From assembly GCA_965216875.1 (NCBI GenBank), contig OZ244207.1, positions 7,520,001 through 7,584,000 of the forward strand: a stretch of DNA of 64,000 nucleotides, in the 5' to 3' direction. Shown here piece after piece: positions 9,732 to 17,603 of this stretch. Below the pieces are notes generated by a model, which was given only the letters and a program-made list of their open reading frames with translations, ran no database searches and was not told the DNA's origin. Source of the stretch: Rubripirellula sp. (GTDB taxonomy: Bacteria > Planctomycetota > Planctomycetia > Pirellulales > Pirellulaceae). The position numbers were made by a program, and so were the translations under genes. How positions within the stretch are numbered: the first letter of the stretch is position 1; every line of letters begins with the position of its first letter.

Positions 9732-10133
9732 TCACAGCTTGTCGGCTAAGACGAGGCAGGCGTCGGTCAAGTTGCTCTTGAGAACAAAGCCGGTCACCTG
9801 ATTCTGGTAGGCATCGAGACGGTCTTCGTCAAAGCCCGGCGAGGTCAGCACAAAGATCATGCACGAAGAGAGGTCGTTGTCCTTGGAAACCTCGTGCAAG
9901 AACTCGACGCCATCCATTACCGGCATGTGCATGTCGAGGAAAATGACCAACGGGCGCTCGATTGGATTTTTGCCGTTCTCGCCGCGCAAGTGTTCCAAAG
10001 CGTCACGACCATTGATCGCGACCGTCAACGCGTTGTCGAGCCCGTGCTTTTTCATGCCACGGCGAAAGGCCATCGCATCCACGTCGTTATCATCCACCAA
10101 AAGAATGTGGACGTTTTTTGCTATCAAAGTCAT
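9732..10133 (-). CDS. Single-domain response regulator (Rcp1/CheY-like receiver)
   Basis: ILLVDDNDVD, IFLDMHMPVMDG, VLTS, GFVLK receiver motifs; no output domain. Confidence 0.9.
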   Translation of the reverse strand: MTLIAKNVHILLVDDNDVDAMAFRRGMKKHGLDNALTVAINGRDALEHLRGENGKNPIERPLVIFLDMHMPVMDGVEFLHEVSKDNDLSSCMIFVLTSPGFDEDRLDAYQNQVTGFVLKSNLTDACLVLADKL

Positions 10134-10294
10134 GGCAGTTCAATTGGATGAGTTCTCAAGGTTCGCCAGTCATCTCAGACTAACATTGCCGCCAAGTCAC
10201 CTTTCGGTTTACTATCCAGAGCCCCAGTCAAAGGCATCGACCAAGGTAGGTCAAGCCGGAACATCGTACGCGAAGAACCAGGGAAGGTCTCGCT

Positions 10295-11362
10295 GTGTCC
10301 GCCGAAGCACGCGCAAATCAAGCCAGCCCATTTGAGTCCGCTCCTGCGACATTGATTGAGCGGCTTCGTTTGCTGCGAGAGATTGTATCGCGCGAAGGCA
10401 AGGCCGTCCTCTCAAGTGCCGCGTCGCTCGGACCCGAGGCGGTACGTGCTGCTGAAATGACCGCCAACTGCGATGGCAGCGTCATCATCACTGGCGTTGG
10501 CAAAGCAGGGTTGGTGGGCCAAAAGTTGGTTGCGACTTTGGCGAGCACGGGAACACCGGCCCATTTCTTGCATCCGTCCGAAGCGGTGCATGGCGATCTG
10601 GGACGAGTGCGCGACACCGATTTGGTATGGGCGATTTCGAATTCGGGGCGTAGTGAAGAAGTGGTTCGCATCGCGTCTCACTTGCGACAAAACTCATGCG
10701 GTCTGATCGCATTGACCGCCGATGACGACAATCCGCTCGCGGTTGCCGCAGACTGTGTCGTCGCTTTTGGAAAACACGACGAAGCCTGTCCCAACGGTCT
10801 GGCCCCGACAAGCAGCACAGCGGTGATGATGGCCGTTGGTGATGGCATCGCGATGCTCTCGAGCCGTTTGCGCTCATTCTCTGCTGGCGATTTTGCGCGC
10901 TACCATCCAGGTGGATCGCTTGGTCGAAAGTTAGCGACGGTCGACCAGATCATGCGTCCGCTCAATGCTTGCCGCGTTGCTTCGAAAGAGGTTTCAGTTC
11001 GCGAGGCGATGGTGGCGGCATCCAAGAATGGCCGGCGCACTGGCGCAGTCATGCTGTTGAATCAAGACGAAACATTGGCCGGGATCTTTACTGACAGCGA
11101 TTTGGCGCGGCTGTTGGAAGGACGCGAAGACGAGGCGTTTGACGAGTGCATCGAACTTCGCATGACAGCCAACCCAACAACCATCACCGCGGGCACGATG
11201 TTGCAGGATGCGGTTGCGACGATGTCGCAGCGTCGTTTGAGCGAATTGCCGGTGGTCGACCAGCAAGGACATCCGATCGGGTTGATTGACATTACCGATG
11301 TCGTTTCACTCGCCGAAACGGACAGCGGACCCTCGACCATCAAGATTCACAACCAAGTTTAA
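10295..11362 (+). CDS. kdsD: Arabinose-5-phosphate isomerase, KpsF/GutQ family (SIS + CBS)
   Basis: TGVGKAG, STGTPAHFLHPSEAVHGDLG, SNSG, LAPTSST, YHPGGSLG, C-terminal CBS pair. Confidence 0.93.
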   Translation: MSAEARANQASPFESAPATLIERLRLLREIVSREGKAVLSSAASLGPEAVRAAEMTANCDGSVIITGVGKAGLVGQKLVATLASTGTPAHFLHPSEAVHGDLGRVRDTDLVWAISNSGRSEEVVRIASHLRQNSCGLIALTADDDNPLAVAADCVVAFGKHDEACPNGLAPTSSTAVMMAVGDGIAMLSSRLRSFSAGDFARYHPGGSLGRKLATVDQIMRPLNACRVASKEVSVREAMVAASKNGRRTGAVMLLNQDETLAGIFTDSDLARLLEGREDEAFDECIELRMTANPTTITAGTMLQDAVATMSQRRLSELPVVDQQGHPIGLIDITDVVSLAETDSGPSTIKIHNQV

Positions 11363-11371
11363 GTAGGCTCG

Positions 11372-11890
11372 ATGTCCGATCAAAGTGACCCGGCTACTTC
11401 AAAGCCGATTACCTGCATCCTTTCCGACGTCGATGGTGTGATGACCGATGGTCGCATCATCTACGACAACGCTAGCGTCGAAACCAAACGTTTTCATGTC
11501 CACGACGGTTTGGCCATCAAGCTGTGGATGAAAAGCGGCTTTCAGTTCGGAATCTTGACCGCTCGGACCAGTCAAATCGTTTCGCATCGCGCGAGTGAAT
11601 TGAACATCGATCATGTCCAACAGGGCTACGAGCAAAAGGGCGACGAAGCCAAGAAAATGATCGCCGCGATGGGATGCCAGCTCGATCAAGTTTGCTATAT
11701 CGGCGACGACCTTCCCGACTTACCCGTCATGCAAATGGTCGGACTTGCTGCCGCGCCCGCCGACGCGGCGACCGACGTCTTGAGCCGCGCTAATTGGGTG
11801 ATGAACAAGCGCGGTGGCGAGGGCGTGCTGCGGGAATTGATCGAACGACTCTTACGATCCAAGAACCGCTGGGAGGAGCATTTGCCGTAA
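11372..11890 (+). CDS. kdsC: 3-deoxy-D-manno-octulosonate 8-phosphate phosphatase
   Basis: SDVDGVMTDG, FHVHDG, YIGDDLPD, GGEGVLRE; follows kdsD. Confidence 0.93.
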   Translation: MSDQSDPATSKPITCILSDVDGVMTDGRIIYDNASVETKRFHVHDGLAIKLWMKSGFQFGILTARTSQIVSHRASELNIDHVQQGYEQKGDEAKKMIAAMGCQLDQVCYIGDDLPDLPVMQMVGLAAAPADAATDVLSRANWVMNKRGGEGVLRELIERLLRSKNRWEEHLP

Positions 11891-11942
11891 GCGAAACGTC
11901 TTGTCGAAACCTGAGCGTTTCCTTTTCTGCATCGCGCCGGTC

Positions 11943-14900
11943 ATGTTGGATCGAATGACACATTATTTCGCTGCATTGGTATTCTTGATCGCTTCGGCGG
12001 TGATCTACGAGAACGTTCTGACGCCGTGGATGGAACCGGCCAAGTTGTCGTCCGTTCCGCCCAAAAAGCCCTTTGATGGAAGCGTCGGTGGCGACAAGCT
12101 GGCCGATTTGTTTCCCGACCCCGAGGCTTGGCAACGCGGCGCCTGTAAACAGCTGCAAACCTCTGATGGCATGTTGTTGTTTGCCAACGGCAAGCAGATC
12201 TCGGCCAACCAATGGAAACTCTGGCCTGTCACCATCGTGGTCGGCCGCGGCATGTCTTCCGAATCGAAGCGAGATCCCTTGATCATCGAGGCACCCGAAG
12301 GGGCCGAGATCATCTTCACGACGTCGCTGGATGTCATGAGTAGCGCGGGGGCGGGCGCGAAAACTCCGATCAAACGTGGACGCATGATTGGCCGCGTGAA
12401 CATTCGCCGGCCGAGCAGTGACAAACCGACTCAAGCGATCGAAATCACAACGGCCAACGTGGGGATTGATCGTCGCAAGATCTGGACGACCGAACGCATC
12501 GAAATGAAGTTCGGCGACGCCCGACTTTCCGGACGCGACCTGACGGTGCACTATTCCGGTCCCGATGCATCGGGCGGAGGCAATCCCGCGTCGATTCTTG
12601 ATCGCATGGACCTGATCTATTTGGACCAGTTCATCATGCCATTGAAAGAGGGTGGCCTGCTGAAGTCCAAGAAGCGGCCGGGTGATCGCTCGACCCCGAT
12701 CCCCGGGCCCTCAGCGGTGATCTCTTTGAATTGTGGTGGCCGAGTTGAATATGACTTTGCGATCGATCAGTTGTCGCTTCGAGATTCGGTCTCACTCGTG
12801 CATCAGGTCGACGGGATGCCTGCCGACCAATTCCATTGCGATTCCTTGTTGCTCAACCTGTTGGATCCAACCAACGACAAACTGCCACGCGAGACACCGC
12901 TTGATTGGATCAAACGCATCGTGGCGACCGGCCGACCAGCGCGTGCCGTGTTGCCGACATTCGATTCGGAGATGCAAGCCGATTCGATCGATTTTGATGC
13001 CGAAGCCGGCTTGGTTCGCGCGATCGGAAAATCGGGGATTTGGGTTCGCCGCGGCGGCATCGAAGCGAGCCTCGCCCAACTGGCCTATCAATTCGATCCG
13101 AACAACTACGAAGCAATCGGGCTGATCAACGTCCAGGGCGCCGGGATCATCAAGGTGAATGACCCCAAGATCCCGCTGCTGCGCGCTCATTGGCGTGATC
13201 GCTTTCGGCTCGAGCCAACCAAAGCGTCAGTTGCGGACGAATTTGATGCCGACGTCGTTCTGCAAATCGATGGCGACATTCAAGCCACCCTTTCCGATGG
13301 CGGTCAGTTCCACGCACAGACCGTGGATGGTCTGTTGAAACCGAAATACGAGTTCGATCCAAAGAAACAAAAGAAGGTGATGTCACTTGTGCCAAAAACC
13401 TTCCAGGCACAAGGCAATGTGCGTGTCGATACCAGCGCGATCGCCGCAGAAACCGACCGGCTTGATCTCGAGTTTGTACAGCCTATCGATCCACAACCTC
13501 GATCGGTCAGTGGCGATGACAAAGCAGCCGAGGACAAAAAGAAATCGAACCCACTTCGCCAATGGGTGATTCAGCCAGAGAAAGGGGCCGACAATAAGGT
13601 CGACCCGGTCGCCCGGCCACGACCGGTGATTCGAGGTGATTGGATCAGCGCCCAGTTGCGACTCGATGAAGATGCCGTCAACGCAAAGGACATGTCGGTC
13701 ACCGGATCGGTTTCGCTGACACACGTTTTGAAGACAGGCGACAAGATGTTGCCCGCGCGATTGACGGGCGAATCGTTGCGGTTAATCGATGGTGGTGGCG
13801 AGGATCTTTTGCAGCTTGGCAGTGGCGTCGAGTCGCCTGCTCGGTTTGAGTTGGGTGATGGATTCTTTGTGGGGCCGATGATCCAAATTCGACCCACTGA
13901 CAATCTTGTTTGGATCAACGCGGCGGGCGAATTTCAAATGCCGACGGCTGCCCTTCCGACCAGTTTAACGGGCGACAAAGAATCGGAATTCGTTTGGGTC
14001 CGCGCGCCTCACTGTCGCTGGCAGGGCGAGATGTTTTTTGATGGACGCTCTGCAGTGCTGACCGATGGCGTTCGCATCGACGCATCACTTCGACGCGAAG
14101 CCGATCTTTGGGACGTCGAAATGCATGGTGATCGCCTACAGGTCGACTTGCAAAGTGGCGTTCAAGTCAACGACGTCGACACGATGAAGAATGCGGCGAT
14201 CGAACGCATCTCACTGATGCAATCTGAAGAGCGGCCGGTTCTCGTTCAAGCCTTTCGACGTGCCGGCGACAATGTGCTCGAAGCAAAGCATGTGATGAAA
14301 GCCGACAAACTTGTACTCGTTCCGGGAAGCAAGGGTGGCGGCGGTGTGATTTCGGGTGGCCGACTGATCGGCGAAGGTCCGGGTTGGTACCGCGGATGGA
14401 TGAAACCGAAATCGAAAGGCGCTTTTGGCAAACTGATCGGTGGTGGAGACAAAGAGGGGCAAGTCGCTAAGAAGCTCAATGGCGTGCACCTGATTTTCCA
14501 CAACACCATGCAAGGCGACTTGGTCACCAAGAGTCTCGAGTTTGTGCGTGGCGTGCGCGTCGGACTGCGCGGCCTTGATGATTGGGACCAAAGCTTTGAC
14601 GCCGCCACCATGGATTCCATCTCGGCTGGCGACGCCACGATCGATTGCGACAAACTTCGCTTCGCGATCTCGCCCGGTCAGCGTTCGCCATCGACCGGCG
14701 ATCAAGCGTGGGAAATGGAAGCGAACAGCGGCGTCGTTTTTCGAACACGGAGCGAACGCGGTCTGCTCGAGGGAACGGCAAGTCGAGCGGCCTATGCTTC
14801 GGCAAAGGACCTTTTCACGATTGAGGGGGCTCCCAACCGCGCGGCAACCTTTAAACACACTCTGGCCGATGGCAAACCGGGGCCGGAGGGTGCGGTCCGC

Positions 14901-14993
14901 AGCATGACGATCCAAACCGCGACTCAAGAAGTGAAGAGTCTGCAATTGGAGCGCATCAACATCGCTACCCCACCCACACTCAGCCCTCGCTAA
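11943..14993 (+). CDS. Large N-terminally anchored beta-rich protein, putative LptC/LptA (OstA-like) jellyroll
   Basis: Single N-terminal TM; recurring short beta motifs (IVATGRP, QAQGNVRV, SVTGSVSL, GTASRAAY); sits at the lptC/lptA position after kdsDC. Start uncertain (11901/11943/11955). Confidence 0.55.
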   Translation: MLDRMTHYFAALVFLIASAVIYENVLTPWMEPAKLSSVPPKKPFDGSVGGDKLADLFPDPEAWQRGACKQLQTSDGMLLFANGKQISANQWKLWPVTIVVGRGMSSESKRDPLIIEAPEGAEIIFTTSLDVMSSAGAGAKTPIKRGRMIGRVNIRRPSSDKPTQAIEITTANVGIDRRKIWTTERIEMKFGDARLSGRDLTVHYSGPDASGGGNPASILDRMDLIYLDQFIMPLKEGGLLKSKKRPGDRSTPIPGPSAVISLNCGGRVEYDFAIDQLSLRDSVSLVHQVDGMPADQFHCDSLLLNLLDPTNDKLPRETPLDWIKRIVATGRPARAVLPTFDSEMQADSIDFDAEAGLVRAIGKSGIWVRRGGIEASLAQLAYQFDPNNYEAIGLINVQGAGIIKVNDPKIPLLRAHWRDRFRLEPTKASVADEFDADVVLQIDGDIQATLSDGGQFHAQTVDGLLKPKYEFDPKKQKKVMSLVPKTFQAQGNVRVDTSAIAAETDRLDLEFVQPIDPQPRSVSGDDKAAEDKKKSNPLRQWVIQPEKGADNKVDPVARPRPVIRGDWISAQLRLDEDAVNAKDMSVTGSVSLTHVLKTGDKMLPARLTGESLRLIDGGGEDLLQLGSGVESPARFELGDGFFVGPMIQIRPTDNLVWINAAGEFQMPTAALPTSLTGDKESEFVWVRAPHCRWQGEMFFDGRSAVLTDGVRIDASLRREADLWDVEMHGDRLQVDLQSGVQVNDVDTMKNAAIERISLMQSEERPVLVQAFRRAGDNVLEAKHVMKADKLVLVPGSKGGGGVISGGRLIGEGPGWYRGWMKPKSKGAFGKLIGGGDKEGQVAKKLNGVHLIFHNTMQGDLVTKSLEFVRGVRVGLRGLDDWDQSFDAATMDSISAGDATIDCDKLRFAISPGQRSPSTGDQAWEMEANSGVVFRTRSERGLLEGTASRAAYASAKDLFTIEGAPNRAATFKHTLADGKPGPEGAVRSMTIQTATQEVKSLQLERINIATPPTLSPR

Positions 14994-15274
14994 CGGCTAG
15001 GTCTCCGCCGCAGACGCATCGGCCGCTTCTTTTCGCCGAATTGTGAAAATAGGCACTTGAGACTACCAAATCGACCCGATATTCTTGTTGCAAATGGTTC
15101 TCAATATCACGCTGCCGTTTTGAGCGGTTTGGTGTTTCGAGGGCCAACGAGAACTAGCAAGCCAGCGGTTTTTGCGTCGTTTTAGACGCCCCTACCTGAA
15201 AACTGCCCAGCCAGCCAACGCTCGCATGTCACCGATCCCCTTCGCTTTGGGGGCCGGCTGAACGTCAAAACTCA

Positions 15275-16312
15275 ATGCAAAGGCTTGTTATGTACGTTGG
15301 TAAAGACGCAGTGCGTCCGGTCCGTCGCGGTTTCACTCTCGTTGAATTGCTGGTGGTGATTGCAATCATCGGGATTTTGGTGGGGCTCCTGTTGCCCGCC
15401 GTCCAAGCGGCTCGCGGGGCAGCTCGTCGAATGAGTTGTCAGAACAATCTGCACCAAGTGATCCTTGCCGTTCACAACTACGAAGCGGCGACCAAGCGAT
15501 TGCCGCCCGCGTGGATGAAGCCCGCTCAAACAGGTGATGGCTGGTCGGCCCAAGCCCGCATTTTGCCCTACATCGAAGCGCTCGGATTGGCCGACGCCGT
15601 CCAATACGAAGGCGGCTACAAGGTGGCGACAATCACGGTTGATGGCGAGCAGTTGCCGGTCGCTTCCTATCGCGTACCGACCTACCTGTGCCCAAGCGAA
15701 GTTTACGACGAGCAGCGGCTTGGCTCGAACGGTCCCGAGCACTACCCGCTCAATTATGTCGTCAACGCTGGACGTTGGTTCGTCTACGATCCCAACAATG
15801 GCAAAGTCGGCGACGGAACGTTTTTTGCCAACAAGGTTTCGCGTTTCCGCGACGTGCTTGACGGATTGGCCAACACATTGGCATTCGCTGAAGTCAAAGC
15901 GTGGAATCCGTACTACCGCGATGTCGAAACTCAGGGCGACATGACGATGCCAGTCGACACGTCGGAGATTTGTTTGCTTGGCGGTTCGTTCAAAGAGAAC
16001 ACCGGGCACACCGAATGGGTTGATGGCCGAGTCCACCAAACCGGATTCACGACGACCTTCCCGCCAAATAAGAAAGTCCTTTGTGAGGTGAGCGGCGTCG
16101 AATACGACGTTGACTTTACCAACATGCGAGAAGGGAAAGTGACGACAGCGCGAACCTATGCTGCGGTCACGTCGCGAAGCTACCACGGTGGTGGCGTGAA
16201 CGTCGCCATGATGGACGGTTCGGTCCGCTTCCTCTCAGAGTCGATCGAGTTGAAGTTGTGGCAGGACATGTCGACTCGAGCGGGAAAAGAGTTTGTCGAA
16301 GTACCCGAGTAA
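15275..16312 (+). CDS. DUF1559 family prepilin-like protein (N-methylation motif + H-X9-DG)
   Basis: RRGFTLVELLVVIAIIGILVGLLLPAVQAAR..ARRMSCQNNL; SYHGGGVNVAMMDGSV. Confidence 0.95.
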   Translation: MQRLVMYVGKDAVRPVRRGFTLVELLVVIAIIGILVGLLLPAVQAARGAARRMSCQNNLHQVILAVHNYEAATKRLPPAWMKPAQTGDGWSAQARILPYIEALGLADAVQYEGGYKVATITVDGEQLPVASYRVPTYLCPSEVYDEQRLGSNGPEHYPLNYVVNAGRWFVYDPNNGKVGDGTFFANKVSRFRDVLDGLANTLAFAEVKAWNPYYRDVETQGDMTMPVDTSEICLLGGSFKENTGHTEWVDGRVHQTGFTTTFPPNKKVLCEVSGVEYDVDFTNMREGKVTTARTYAAVTSRSYHGGGVNVAMMDGSVRFLSESIELKLWQDMSTRAGKEFVEVPE

Positions 16313-16382
16313 GCAAGCCCGAGCAAGTTCGCTCGGGTCGTGAGTTCCGCGTCCGCGTCGCGAACTCGCAAGACGGATCACC

Positions 16383-16418
16383 AAGGGCATGTCGCGCAGC
16401 AGCGACATGCCCTTTTTT
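16383..16418 (+). terminator. Intrinsic terminator after DUF1559 gene
   Basis: GGGCATGTCGC-gcagca-GCGACATGCCC followed by TTTTTT. Confidence 0.8.
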
Positions 16419-16470
16419 AGTAAAAAGGTGTCAGGACTCTTTTTCGCCTACATCGATCTCAGGTGCTTCG

Positions 16471-16941
16471 TTGTCGTTTCCGCAGTTGGTTGTCTTCGAT
16501 CTCGACTACACCCTTTGGGATTGTGGTGGCACATGGTGTGATTGCTTGACGCCTCCGTTCTCGGGAAGCGGACAACAAGTTCGCGACAGCACCGGTCGGC
16601 ATGTCCAGCTGTATGAAGACGTGCTCTGGATCCTCGATCACTGTGATAGCCACGGTGTTCCGATGGCGCTTGCATCGCGAACACAGGAACCGGATTGGGC
16701 GCGTGAGCTGATTGAACGACTCGATGTCGCGCACCGATTTGCCCATGCCGAAATCTATCCCAGCAGCAAGCTGGCGCACTTTTGCGAGCTGCGGAATCAA
16801 AGTGGTGTCGCTTTCGAGGAGATGCTTTTCTTCGACGATGAAATGCGCAACATCAACGAGGTCTCTCGCCTCGGCGTGAACAGTATCTTTGTCCCCGCGG
16901 GGATCAATCGCGAGCTGTTCGATTCAGGTTGGGCAGGCTGA
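16471..16941 (+). CDS. Magnesium-dependent phosphatase-1 (HAD IIIC)
   Basis: VVFDLDYTLW, ALASRT, EIYPSSK, MLFFDDEMRN; start placed at TTG 16471 after AGGTG. Confidence 0.85.
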   Translation: MSFPQLVVFDLDYTLWDCGGTWCDCLTPPFSGSGQQVRDSTGRHVQLYEDVLWILDHCDSHGVPMALASRTQEPDWARELIERLDVAHRFAHAEIYPSSKLAHFCELRNQSGVAFEEMLFFDDEMRNINEVSRLGVNSIFVPAGINRELFDSGWAG

Positions 16942-16965
16942 AAGTGATTTCCGTCCCTCATGTTT

Positions 16966-17021
16966 GTAGTCCCGCCTTTAGGCGGAAGGGCCTGAAGATT
17001 TCGGCTGAAGCTCGGTACGAC
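16966..17021. repeat. REP family C doublet
   Basis: GTAGTCCCGCCTTTAGGCGGAA...TTCGGCTGAAGCTCGGTACGAC; near-identical at 41026-41080. Confidence 0.8.
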
Positions 17022-17050
17022 AAACGGTGGCTGTTTTTTGAATTTCTCGC

Positions 17051-17096
17051 TTGACTTTACGACGTCTGTCGTAAAACAATACTACAAGCGTAGTAA
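17051..17096 (+). promoter_or_regulatory. Promoter with tandem BlaI-type operators
   Basis: TTGACT (-35) at 17051; palindromes TTTACGAC-gtct-GTCGTAAA (17056-17075) and TACTAC-aagc-GTAGTA (17080-17095) upstream of a BlaI-family gene. Confidence 0.75.
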
Positions 17097-17180
17097 ATCG
17101 GTTGGCAACAGGTGTGTTGCAATCGGGCCAGCAAAGGGCGGGTTCAAGCCTTTGCTACGAAATTGAGTGAGACACTATCG

Positions 17181-17603
17181 ATGGGTACTCGGAAAAAAGC
17201 GACCAAGCTCAGCAGTGGCGAAGTCGATCTGATGGACCTGCTTTGGCGACACGAAGCGTTGACGCTCGCCGAGGCTCATGAGGCCTTTGGTACCGAGCGG
17301 ATTGGATACACGACCATGCAGACGCGATTGAATCGTTTGGTCGAAAAGGGGCTCGCTCGCAAATCGAATGATCGTCCCGCGGTGTACGCGCCAGCGGTGG
17401 CTCGCGAAGCCGTCCAGGCTGGCCATCTCGATGACGTGATGAAACGCTTGACCGATGGCAGCGTCGTGCCGCTGGTCGCGCACTTGGTTCGCGATCGCAA
17501 GATTGATCGCGACGAGTTGGCCGAGCTCAAACGCTTGGTGCAGCAGGCCGAGCAAGAACTTCTCGAGTCCGAGGATGAAGATTCATTGGAGGGAGCCGAG
17601 TGA
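17181..17603 (+). CDS. BlaI/MecI/CopY family transcriptional repressor
   Basis: LSSGEVDLMDLLW, IGYTTMQTRLNRLVEKG, GSVVPLVAHLV. Confidence 0.93.
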   Translation: MGTRKKATKLSSGEVDLMDLLWRHEALTLAEAHEAFGTERIGYTTMQTRLNRLVEKGLARKSNDRPAVYAPAVAREAVQAGHLDDVMKRLTDGSVVPLVAHLVRDRKIDRDELAELKRLVQQAEQELLESEDEDSLEGAE

